A stretch of 64,000 nucleotides of DNA, taken from the NCBI GenBank assembly GCA_038087875.1, contig CM075996.1:5520001-5584000 (forward strand). The letters run 5' to 3'. This DNA is from Malacoraja senta. Its lineage: Eukaryota. Below, one piece after another: positions 12,382 to 23,977 of this stretch. A program made the translations under genes and the position numbers. Numbering within the stretch: position 1 is the stretch's first letter; each line of letters opens with the position of its first letter. Under the pieces are notes generated by a model. The model saw only the letters and a list, made by a program, of their open reading frames with translations. It did not search any database and was not told the DNA's origin.

Positions 12382-13678
12382 TAATTGTAATATGGGGCCG
12401 TATCTTCCATTTTAAATAAATCAAATATTTACAGGGAATCATTCGAGGTTCTTAAAACAGAGACACTCGAACAAAACTATTATGAAAAGTGATGCCACCT
12501 TTAAGTCCATTCAATTCAAAAATGAAAAACAATGACTCATTCGTTATTAGAGGCATTGAACCAGATCAAGAAGGCGAAATGTCCATAAAATGCTTCCAGC
12601 TAAAGCACCTCCTTGCTAAGGTTCAGCAGTGACATAGCTCACACAGTAAACATACGTGCGATTTGCACAGTGATGATGTGATGGGTTATGGGGAGAAGGC
12701 AGGAGAATGGGGTTGAGAGGGAACAGCCATGATTGAATGGCAGAGTAGGGTCTCGATCCGAAACGTCGCCCATTCCTTCTCTCCAGAGATGCTGCCTGTC
12801 CCGCTGAGTTACTCCAGCCTTTTGTGCCCATCTCCGGCAGAATAGACTTGATGGGCTGAATGGCCTAATTCTGCTCCCATCGCTTATGACTCGCAAATAG
12901 AAAAGAGCTGTGTAGGAAAGAACTGCAGATGCCGGTTTGAATCGAAGATAGACACAAAATGCTGGAGTAACTCAGCCGGGACAGGCAGCACCTCTGGAGA
13001 GAAGGAATGGGTGACGTTTCGGGTCGAGCCTCGACCCGAAACGTCACCCATTCCTTCTCTCCAGATATGCTGCCTGTCCCGCTGAGTTACTCCAGCTTTT
13101 TGTGTCAAACTTCAATAGAAAAGAGCTCTCAGGCTTCATTCTGGGACAAGCAGATTTTCCATTACGTTCACCGCAATAAATGGCACCTCGCAAGCGCATT
13201 ATTATGCTGAGCGCCCCAAAAAGACGGTCATTTTATGCAGAGTAAAGGAACTCTCTCTCTTGTACTCTCGCTGCTCCCCCTCTGTGACTCCTCCTGCTCT
13301 CCAGCTCTCTCCCTCTGCCCTGACTCTCAGTCCGGAAGAAGGATCTCGACCCGAGACGTCACCCATTCCTTCTACCCAGAGATGCCGCCTGTCCCGCTGA
13401 GTTACTCCAGCATTTTGTGTCCATCTTATGCGTAGACCAACATCTGCAGTTCCTTCCGACACATCTCTCTCTTGTACAGTTTAGTTTTCAAACAACCACA
13501 ATCAACGATAACCCCTTCATTTAATTTTTTTTTTTTAAGAAGTGGATCACACACAACCTCCTGTTAAAAATGTAACAGATTCTGCATTTTACTTAATTAC
13601 ACAACTGAAATCAGGCAACATGGGAAATAATTAAATAGCCTACATGTGACAGATTACAATTAGAAATACGCATACTTA

Positions 13679-13907
13679 AGGGCCTGTCCCACTTTCACGA
13701 CCTAATTCACAACCTTTTTTACTCGTGGACATTTTTCATCAAGCTAGAAAAAAAGCCCCGGCCTACTTGATGCCACGAGTACCTACGACTAGCATCACGG
13801 CCTGCTACGACCTACCTACGACCTCGTGACGACCATGCTGCGAGTATGAGTCAAGGGCAAACTTGGCAAAGGTCGTGAATTAGGTCGTGAAAGTGGGGCA
13901 GTCCCCT
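13679..13907. mobile_element. PIF/Harbinger-like MITE
   Basis: TIR agggcctgtcccactttcacgacctaattcac and its complement; TTA/TAA flanks. Confidence 0.75.
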
Positions 13908-14821
13908 TAAACATTTGAAACAACGGTACAAAATAAGCAACAGTCTATAAAATGCTTCGAGCTAAAGTACCTCCTTGCTAAAGTTCAGCAGTGACATAGC
14001 TCACGCAGTGAACGCACGTGTGATTTGCACAGTGACGGTGCTAGGGGTTAAGGGAAGGCAGGAGAATGGGGTCGAGGCACAATCAAGAGGCTGATGCTCA
14101 TGATCTGCTCAGTCTCAATAAACTACATCCTATAACCTAGAGCAGAGAAAAATGTGCATTATTCATTACGATGACTTTTATTTTTGTGTTAGCCTGTAAT
14201 TTCCCCAAAGAAAATGGCAGGATTCGCGCCTCCCTATCCATCAAGTCCAAAGAGACCTCTCCATAGATGCCAGATTGTATCACCACTTTACCCCAGGTCA
14301 TTTTGACTTGTTGTGCATCGTTGCACAGGTAGGTTAGAGGAACAAAGGGATTGCACAGCACAAATATGCCACTCACTCAAAGTCGCGACACAGGTTGGCA
14401 AGGCCATTAAACAAACTGGACAAGAGCAAGGGTTTATTTGTCGAGCAATAGAAATGAAATGTTGGGAAGTTGTGTTAACTGTGCATTGAGTAGGAGGGAA
14501 GTGCAGATTCAGCGTCTGAAGAAGGGTCTTGACCCGAAAAGTCATCCATTAGTTCTCTCCAGAGATGCTGCCTGACCCGCTGAGTTTCTCCAGCATTTTT
14601 TTGTCTACCTTCGATTTTTTTTTCCAGCATTCACTCTCGAGGGAGGTTTGAAGCAAACAGCACATATTCACAGGGGAAGACTGGACTCGCGTTTGGGAGA
14701 AGGGAATAGAAGGGGTAAACAATGATAGTTTAAGATGAGCAAAGGCAAGAGATTCAAGTCAACTGTACTGTGTGTACTATATCAGAATCAATTATTCTTA
14801 CAATGATGATTGGGTCAGACT

Positions 14822-15028
14822 GGACTGCCTCAGAGGGCGGTGGAGGCAGGTTCTCTGGATGCTTTCAAGAGAGAGCTAGATAGGGCTCTTAAAGATAGTC
14901 AGTGGATATGGGGAGAAGGCAGGAACGGGGTACTGATTGGGGATGATCAGCCATGATCACATTGAATGGCGGTGCTGGCTCGAAGGGCCAAATGGCCTAT
15001 TCCTGCACCTATTGTCTATTGTCTATTG
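14822..15028 (+). mobile_element. CR1 3' fragment
   Basis: ctgcctcagagggcggtggaggc...ctattgtctattg tail. Confidence 0.85.
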
Positions 15029-15778
15029 ACGTCGTCAGGTCAGAGCTGGTCTGGATTTTGATTTTATGCCCAGCAGATCTCTAGCCGGGATGACCAGTTT
15101 AGTTTAGACATACAGCGCGGTAACAGGCCCTTTGGCCCACCGAGTCCATGCCGACCAGCGACCCCTGAACACTAGCAATATCCTGCACACTCGGGACAAT
15201 TTAGAACTTATACCGAAGCCAATTAGCCTACAAATCTGGACGTCTTTGGATGTGGGGAAAACCAGAGCACCCGGGGAAAACCCACTCGACCACGGGGAGG
15301 ACATGCAAACTCCGATCAGACAGCACCCAGAGTCAGGATCAAACCCGGGTGTCTGGAGTTGTGAGGCAGCAACTCTACCCCTGCGCCACCGTGCCCCTCC
15401 AAGTTATCGAACCCTCTTTGAGGCAGATTGCTTTGATTTAGGAAACATCAGCTATTTTGTGCAATGAAAACTCTGACAAACAACAATGGTACAAATGACT
15501 AGCTAGCCTGCTCTGGTGATGTTGGCTAGCGGATAAACAATGATCACAGTACCAGATAAACTCCCTTGCTGTTCTTCAAAACGGTGTCATGGGATATCTT
15601 AGATCCAGCCGAATGGTTCTTGGTTTAATGTCTCACCTGAAGGACAACACATTTGACAGTGCAGCATTCTGCCCGAGTGGAGAGACAACCGTATTACAAC
15701 AGGAATGGAACAGAAATGGAAGGAGCAAGCATTAGACTCCTTACTGCACCATCACCATTCAATGCAATTGATAGTGTT

Positions 15779-15977
15779 AAAGAAGGAACTGCAGATGCTG
15801 GAAAATCGAAGGTACACAAAAATGCTGGAGAAACTCAGCGGGTGCAGCAGCATCTATGGAGCGAAGGAAATAGGCAACGTTTCGGGCCGAAACCCTTCTT
15901 CAGACAGTCTGAAGAAGGGTTTCGGCCCGAAACGTTGCCTATTTCCTTCGCTCCATAGATGCTGCTGCACCCGCTGT
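15779..15977. mobile_element. Palindromic Penelope-terminal-repeat-derived element with two opposite hammerhead-like cores
   Basis: Inverted halves; CTGAAGA-A-GGGT-TTCG-GCCC-GAAA-CGTT at 15909-15936 and its mirror on the minus strand. 18-bp flanking direct repeat aatgcaattgatagtgtt at 15761-15778 and 15978-15995. Confidence 0.75.
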
Positions 15978-17143
15978 AATGCAATTGATAGTGTTGCCTT
16001 GAGGACATTTGCGTGCACTAACCCCATAATCTGCCCTTAATATCCAAAAATCAATCTAATGTGGATATATTCTGACTCTGCTCTAGTGGACGGCTGTTAA
16101 TACGATGCTTAAGAAGGAACTGCAGATGCTGGAAAATCGAAGGTAGACAGAAATGCTGGAGAAACTCAGCGGGAAATTCACCCGTTGAGTTTCTCCCGCA
16201 TTTGTGTCTACTGCTAATATGTTGTGTCTACCTTCGATTTAAACCAGCATCTGCAGTTCCTTCCTCCAGAGATGCTGCCTGTCCCGCTGAGTTACTCCAG
16301 CATTTTGTATCCACCTTCGATTTAAACCATGATGTACCTTCTCCGGTACATGGTCACAATGTAATATTAGCATTCTTTGTTTAGTTTGGAGGTACAGCAT
16401 GGAACCACGGCCACCCAGTCCACGGCGATCATCAATCACCCGTTCACACTACTTTTATGTTATCTCACTTTCTCACGCACTCCCTACACACTAGGGGCAA
16501 TTATACAGAGGTCAATCGACCTACAGTCACACTCGTCTGTGGGAGCTGGGAGGAAAGCAGAGCACCCAGAGAGAACCCACGCAGTCACAGGGAGAACGTG
16601 CAAACTCCACACTGACAGCAAACCCGAGGTCAGGATCAACGCGGATCCATGGCACTGCGAGGCAGCAGCTCTACGGGTTGCGCCACTGTGCCACCCTTAA
16701 TATCCAAAAATCGATTAATCTCCAACTCAAATGTTCTTTTGGATGATCACACACAAGCACGTAGTCTTCATCCTACGCAGCAAACGATGGCAAGATATTC
16801 AACTGTGCATCACTTCACAGTCGAGTTGATCTTTGCCATTGGGAGTGGCCTGGTGGTGCAGCGGTAGAGTTGCTGCCTTACAGCGCCAGAGACCCATGTT
16901 CCATCCTGACTGCGGGTGCTGTCTGTACGGAGCATATACGTTCTCCCACTGATCTGCGTGGATTTTCTCCGGGTGCTCCGGTTTCCACAGGTTTGTAAGT
17001 TAATCGGTTTGATTGTTTGGATGCGGGCATCATTGGTCAGCGAGGTATCAGTGGGCCGAAGGGCCTGTTTCCACCCTGTATCTCTAAACTAAACTGGCTT
17101 TAAGTTAGCTCCTCTGGGAGCCACATATGTTTAGCTACTGGAT

Positions 17144-17197
17144 GGGATGGGAGATTGCAACCTTCACGTGGTCCGCCCTGTTTCGACTAAGGCAATC
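17144..17197 (+). ncRNA. Minimal HDV/CPEB3-like ribozyme motif
   Basis: P1 GGGAUGG/CCGCCCU (G1.U wobble, one mismatch), P2 GAUUGC/GCAAUC, P3 ACC/GGU, L3 UUCACGU, P4 reduced to UUUCGA, J4/2 CUAA, all in the HDV strand order. Confidence 0.75.
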
Positions 17198-17285
17198 AAC
17201 CCGGCGTGCACGATCAAATAAGATCAAATAGAACAAGTTGTCCTGCAACTTTAGGCTGTGCACGCCATACGCAAGAAGAAGAAGA
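17144..17285 (+). mobile_element. Short non-autonomous retroelement with 5' HDV-like ribozyme and (GAA)n tail, copy 1
   Basis: TSD agctactggat(g) at 17133 and 17286. 3' stem ggcgtgcac/gtgcacgcc, then ccatacgcaa(gaa)n. Confidence 0.85.
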
Positions 17286-17523
17286 AGCTACTGGATGCGG
17301 ACATGAGCACAAGCAGCCTGCCACCACGCCAGCTACTGTTCTGTTATACAAGGACATATTAGTATGGATGTCAGGAGCAATGGGGAGAAGGCAGGAGAAT
17401 GGGGTTAAGAGGGGAAAAATGGATCGGCCATGATTGAATGGAGGGGAATAGACTTGGATGGGCCGAATGGCCTAATTCTGCTCCTATCACTTCTGAACTT
17501 GCATGCACCAGGAAGCTGCTCAC

Positions 17524-17701
17524 CATTTTTCCTCTTGTTCAAAGGGGAAAGGCCGTTGCTCGACTGCAGCGTGAGCTCTTGCAGTTCATTTGTGACCGCT
17601 TCGCTCTGCGGACTCGGGGCAGAGCCATCCTCGTCACCGTCGCCAACCCCACCACCGCCCGGCCCCTTCCCAGAGACGGGCGAGGGGAAGGCCGACTGCA
17701 T
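17524..17701 (-). CDS. MRTFA: MRTF-A N-terminal coding exon (exon 17732-17524; coding from ATG at 17701)
   Basis: Translates to MQSAFPSPVSGKGPGGGGVGDGDEDGSAPSPQSEAVTNELQELTLQSSNGLSPLNKRKN+G. PSPQSEAV.NELQEL.LQ...L.PL..RKN is the conserved MRTF-A/B segment just before RPEL1, and NELQEL favours MRTF-A. Acceptor ttttgatcgtttcag| before 17732; donor AATG|gtgagc at 17524 (phase 1). Confidence 0.88.
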
Positions 17702-18429
17702 TCGGCAAATCCACTTTGGCTTGGTTATTAACCTGAAACGATCAAAACAAAAAAGATATGTTATAAATATGAGCGCATTCTGACCGATCTACCATTTCCT
17801 AATTGGGGGACTCAAAAGAATAAAAAGAGGCTGTAATTACAAATTTCAATACTCTGGAAAGTTGCATTCTCTTTGCAGCGTCGCCGTTAAGCCGCAGAAA
17901 CAAAGAACTGCAGGTGCTGGCTAAGACACAAAAGGACACAAAGTGCAGGAGTAACTCAGCAGGTTGGGCAGCATCTCTGGAGAAACACAAAGTGCGGGAG
18001 TAACTCAGCAGGAAGAAGGGTCTCGACCCCAAACGTCCCATCCATGTTCTCCAGAGATGCTGCCTGACCTGCTGAGCTACTGCAGCAGTTTGTGTCCATC
18101 ACCCTTAAGCCGTTGGTCCATGTGAATTCTGCTGAGATAACTATCGATGATGAGACATTGAAAAACATGGATCACATTCTTTGTGTCAGGATCCATCTTA
18201 CGGAACAGGTAGGTCGGCAACAATAACCAAATTCACCACGACCATCGCGCACCCCAGGAACTCGTGAAGGTCAAGACCTCAAAGCCAGCATTCATCTCAT
18301 GGTCTTCAGGAATACAGTGACCTCCCATTCTCCTCGACAATTCAGAGGTGTGAAACCACTGCAGCAGCCACCCCCGACCACTGATAAACACCATGTGCGT
18401 CACCTGAATCACCTCCACATCCACTGACA

Positions 18430-19258
18430 GGGCGCAGGGGAGGTTTACGAGAATGATCCCGGGGACGATTGGGTTACGTATGATGAGCGTTTGACGGCTC
18501 TGGGCCTGTACTCGCTGCAGTTTAGAAGGATGAGGGAGGATCTCATTGAAACTTGCCAAATAATGAAAGGCCTGGATAGAGTGGATGTGGAGAGGATGTC
18601 TCCGCTAGAACCAGAGGGCACAGCCTAAAGGGCCTGTCCCACTGTACGAGGTAATTAAAGAGTTCTCCCGAGTTTTCCCCCGATTCGAACTCGGAGAATG
18701 TCCGTAGCGGGTCCGTAGGAGTTCGTGGATGTCTCGGAGCGGCTCGTACGAGTAAAAAGCAAAACAAAATTTCATCACGAGTATTTTTTTACTCGTGGAC
18801 ATTTTTCACAGTGTTGAAAAAATTTCACGAGTTTACCGGATTTCCCGAGTACCTACCTTTAGCATTACGAGCCGCTACGAGACATTCACGAACTCCTATG
18901 GACCCGCTACGGACATTCTCCGCGTTCGAATCAGGGGAAAACTCAGGAGAACTCTTAAATTACCTCGTACAGTGGGACAGGCCCTTCAGAATAAAAGAAT
19001 GTACCTTTACAAAAGAAATGAGGAATTTCTTTAAGCAGAGGGTGGTGAATCTGTGGAATTCATTGCCTCAGGCAGCTGTGGAGGCCAAGTAATAGAGGGT
19101 TTTTTTAAAGCGGAAATTTACAGGTTCCTAATTAGTAAAGGTGTCATAGGTTACAGGGAGAAGGCAGGAGAATAGGGTTGATAGGGAAAGATACTTCAAC
19201 CATGATCGAATGGCGGAGTAGACTCGATGGGCAGAATGGCCTAATTCTGCTCCGTTGA
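18430..19258 (+). mobile_element. CR1 3' fragment split by a MITE
   Basis: aggtttacgagaatgatcccggg...EMRNFFKQRVVNLWNSLPQ; 3'UTR. Confidence 0.85.
18629..18985. mobile_element. PIF/Harbinger-like MITE with ~120-bp TIRs, inserted in a CR1
   Basis: agggcctgtcccactgtacgaggtaatt...aattacctcgtacagtgggacaggccct; 3-bp flanks TAA/TCA; interrupts the CR1 sequence cacagcc-tca-gaataaa. Confidence 0.85.
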
Positions 19259-20118
19259 CCGATGAGAGTCTGAAGAAGGGTCTCGACACGAAACATCACC
19301 CAGTCCTTCTCTCCAGAGATGCTGCCTGTCCCACTGAGTTACTCCAACTTTTTGTGTCTATCTTCGATCTAAACCAGCACCTGCAGTTCCTTCTTACACT
19401 ATGACCAATGAACAACAAGGGGGTCAGTCAATACTTATTCATTGGCCAATGTGCCCAGCATTGTCTCTGTTTACACTGAAACAATTATGATTGTTGGGGC
19501 ATATTATCTGGTGTCAGGTCTCCATAACAGCAAGGTATTACCAGGACGACAGGGTGCTTCAAGGATGTTATCAAAGCCTCTTTAAAGCACCGGAGACATT
19601 ACAGCAATCTCTGGCCATGACCGTTCGAAATGGAGGAGCAGCATCCAAAATCTCCCACGGGCAGAACATGGTGGAGTGAAAACAGGAGGGCAGAACCTCG
19701 CAAGCTATTTGTTGGGAAACTCCTGCCCACCTGCACTAAACGCTGGGTTAGAACATAGTGGCCACAAATCGTCCGTACCACGAGGAATTGCCTTGGGCAA
19801 CAATGAATGCAAGTCCGAATAAAATGCGTAACCGCACAGCCCTCGCCAAAAAATGGGTTGCAGTTTCAAACAATGACCTTCAAGATGAGAGATTAACATT
19901 GCATGGCTAATAGCCCTTGACAATTTATTTTCTTTTGGCTTCAGGCAGCACTCAAACCATAGGCCCACAATGAAGCCCATCAAACCACATCCTTTTCAGA
20001 AATCTTCAAAGTCTATGGTTCGATGTTTCTATCACTTTCACCAGGCCTTTTGATCACCCATTTCCTAGTTCACTTTCCCCCCATTCACTTTTTGTCAGTC
20101 TCCCGTGGTCATTCTTTA

Positions 20119-20428
20119 GGGGCCTGTCCCACTGTACGAGCTAATTCAAGAGCTCTCCCGAGTTTTAAAAAAAACCGAGCTCGTGGTAAGCACGTAGAAT
20201 GTACGTAGCGGCTACGTCGGAGCTCGGGGACGTCTCTTAGCGGCTCGTAACGCTAACGGCAGGTACTCGGGGAAACGCGGTAAGCTCGTGAAGATTTTTC
20301 AACGTGTTGAAAAATGTCCACGAGAGCCCCGAGTACCTACGAGCGGCTATTACTGTAATTCTCCGAGTTCGAATCAGGGGGAAACTCGGGAGAACTCTTG
20401 AATTACCTCGTACAGTGGGACAGCCCCA
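20119..20428. mobile_element. PIF/Harbinger-like MITE
   Basis: TIR ggggcctgtcccactgtacgag ... ctcgtacagtgggacagcccc. Confidence 0.8.
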
Positions 20429-21165
20429 TTTCTCATCAAACACATTGGACATACACGCAGAGTTTGATCACAAGATGCTTCAATGTGCTGGACTGAAGGT
20501 CCTTTTAAACCTGCAGCCATGTTATTGTAAGCTATTACTGTCGTGCGTACCAAGATACTGTGCAGAGCTTTTGTTTGCGTGCTATATAATGAAACCCAAC
20601 CATACTGTGCTCAAGTACAAGCAGGTCATGCACAAGTACACTGCTAATGCAAAGGGAAAAAATACCAGAGTACAAAACAAAGATGAAACTTACCCCGCAG
20701 GTCTAGCCAGCAGTACAGACAATCACAAAAGTTAGATTACTGCGGAAAGACACTTCCGCTTTAAACGGCTGCGCAAACTGTAAAGTCATCAGCTCACAGA
20801 CCCACACACACCACCTAGCCCGGCTCAAGAACAGCACTTACTAAGACCTGGGACAAAGTGCTGCATTCAGTAAGAGAATGACTCATTCTGCTCCTCCCTG
20901 AGGCAAGGGGCAGAGAGATCCCAATGACAAAATGGAAAGCTCCAAACCACTCCTCCTCAGAACAATATATCCCCCCGCACTTTCAAGACCTGTTTTCAAC
21001 CTCACTGTAATGAGGTTGCCAAGTCAAAACAGATACTTTTATTGCCCAGCCCCAGTGTCTTTCCCGTGTGTTGTTCCAAGATTTCCACAAGAAATGACAA
21101 CAGAAACTCATGTAAGCCGATATTCTATACAAATGTATACTCTTCAGGAAGAACACTGACCATTA

Positions 21166-21449
21166 AGGGGCTGTCCCACTGTATGAGGTAATTCAAGAGT
21201 TCTCCCGAGTTTCCCCTGATTCGAACTCGGAGAATTACGGTAATAGCCGTTCGTAGGTACTCGGGGCTCTCGTGGACATTTTTCACAGTGCTGAAAAAAC
21301 TTCACGAATTACCGAGCATTACGAGCCTCTACGAGGCATCCACGAGCTCCGATGTAGCCGCCACGTACATTCTACGTACTTACCACGAGTCAGATTTTTT
21401 TTAAACTCAGGAGACCTCTTGAATTACCTCGTACAGTGGGACAGGCCCT
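21166..21449. mobile_element. PIF/Harbinger-like MITE (inverted relative to the 20119 copy)
   Basis: TIR aggggctgtcccact ... agtgggacaggccct; perfect TTA TSD at 21163-21165 and 21450-21452. Confidence 0.85.
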
Positions 21450-21461
21450 TTAGCACTTAGA

Positions 21462-21775
21462 GCGGCACGGTGGCACAGTGGTAGACTTGCTGCCTTACAG
21501 CGCTTACAACGGGTTCGATCCCGAATACTGGTGCTGTCTGTACGGATTTTGTACGTTCCTCCCGTAACCTGCGTGGGTTTTCTCCGAGGTTTTCAGTTTC
21601 CTCCCACACTCCAAAGACATACAGGTTTGTAGGTTAATTGGCTTGGTACGAATGTAAAATTGTTCCTAGTGTTTGTAGGATAGTGTTAATGTGCGGGATT
21701 CGCTGGTCGGTGCGGACTCGGTGGGCCGAAGGCCCTGTTTCCACGCTGTATCTTTAAAGTGAACCAAACTAAATA
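21462..21775 (+). mobile_element. tRNA-derived SINE (HE1-like)
   Basis: gcggcacggtggcacagtggtaga...gggttcgatccc; same tail. Confidence 0.85.
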
Positions 21776-23977
21776 AAATAAAATTTGGGGCATAAGATCA
21801 TTCAGGTCTAATGACCTATACCAGTGTTTACGTGAGAGGCTCCTTTCATTTGAATCCATCCTTTGTTACTATGTCTGAAGAAGGGTCCCGACCCGAAATG
21901 TCACCTTTTCCTTCGCTCCATAGATGCTGCCTCACCCGCTGAGTTTCGCCAGCATTTTTATCTACCTTCGATTTTTCCAGCATCTGCAGTTCTTTCTTAA
22001 ACATTTGTTCCTATCTGTTCTTTTCAAGCTTATTGCTGTGGAAGCGGGTACAATTATAATGTTTAAGAGACATGTAGATATGCGCATGGATAGTAAAGGT
22101 TTAGAGAGCTATGGGCTACAGGACAGCATGGACGAGTTGGGCCAAAGGGCCTGTTCCATGACTTCATGACTCTCCCTTCATAGAGACAGAAACTTAGAAA
22201 ATAGGTGCAGGAGTAGGCCAGTCGGCCCTTCGAGCCAGCACCGCCATTCAATATGATCATGGCTGATCATCCAAAATCAGTACCCAGTTCCGGCTTTTTC
22301 CCCCATGTCCCTTGATTCTCTTAGCCCTAAGAGCTAAATCTAACTCTCTCTTGAAAAATCTAACTCATTCAACTACACTATTGGGAGCAAATACCACATT
22401 CCAAGTACAAATAAACAAATAAAGGCAAAATTTGAATTTGGCACAACAGCGAGCAGAGGGGGACGTGATTTACATTGTTTAAGTAAAAAGCAAACCAAGA
22501 TATTACACAGAAGCATTTGTGAAAGTAATTTGATATCAAGACCCACAGGCGAGTATTCGGAAGGAACTGCAGATGCTGGTTTAAACTGAAGATAAGACAC
22601 AAAATGCTGGAGTAACTCAGCAGTAACAGGCAGCATCTCTGGAGAGAAAGAATGGGTGACATTTCGGCACAAGACCCTCTTCAGACTGATCAAGTCCATC
22701 AGTCTGAAGAACGGTCTCGACCCGAAACATCACCCATTCTTCCTCTCCAGAGATGCTGCCTGTCCCGCTGAGCTACTCCAGCATTTTGTGTCTATCTCAG
22801 GCAAGTATTTGGACAGGTGAGTAAAAACATACGTAAAGAGAGGCAGAAAGCTTGAGAGGGAACTCCAGAATCTAAGGCCTATGTTGTGGTTTTCCCCTCA
22901 ATGGGAAGGAATAACAATTTGGGGAAGTACAGAAGGCCAGATCGCAGGAGCACACAGAACTTACCAGAGGTGTAGATCTCGAGAAAGGCTACTCAAATAG
23001 GGAGGCAGGTTTTGAAATCTAGGATGAGAATGTAAAAACAATGTCTCTAGACCAGGAGTTGAAGTACATCAACATGCACAGAGAGGCAAGTGTGATTACT
23101 AAGGGGCAGGGTGTGAGACACATCCTATGTCAGACCTGATGTATTGTTTTTACACCTCCCCACATCCTACCTCTCCGTCAAGCTAGTCTTTATGTAAAAG
23201 TGATGAGCGCAAGTGCAAACTTAAGCTGCTCATTGAGAGATGAAACAAAATTCTCAACATTTAGAAATTCTCCTGGCAGAAAGCACAAATTAAATTGCAT
23301 TTCTACTCAATTAAGGACAAAGGGGGACCTGTCGAGAAGGAGGGGGAAGAGGGAAGGTGGAAGGTGGAGGGGAGAGCAAAGGAGGACCTGGCACGGGATC
23401 ATTTGTAACTTTGTTGTGTCCTTTATGTGGCGACTCTTTGCATACCTTGGGAATGCGAAACAAAGAATTTTAGTGTGACTTGTCACATGTGTCAATAAAG
23501 TATTAATTCATTCAGGTTCAAACAATCCAGCCACCTCCACAGCAAACCAAAAATGTTCTATCAGAGACCTATACACAATCACGCCTTCAGCTTCAGATTC
23601 ATTGCCATCTGCCAACCAACAAGTCCAAGTCTTAGCATGAGAGAGCCAACAATCAGATAGTCACTCTGCAATAGTCCATATTATAGCAATGATAAAGCAT
23701 CTCATTCAACACAAGAAAAAGCTAAAGCATTTGAAAATGAGAGCACTTTTCAGCCTGGATTGAAGCAGGCCGAGAGGAAAGAGAAGATGATTGGGTTAAT
23801 GGGCACCGTATTCTCAGACAGGATTTGATAATCTGATATACCCAAAGGTTTATTTTGACCTCGGCTCACAAAGATTTACAGATGATTACGGCTCACATTC
23901 CAGTGCTAACAAATCACTATTCCACATCGAAAGAAAATCCTAATCTAAACTGCGCAAAAAGTTGATTACAGTAAAAA

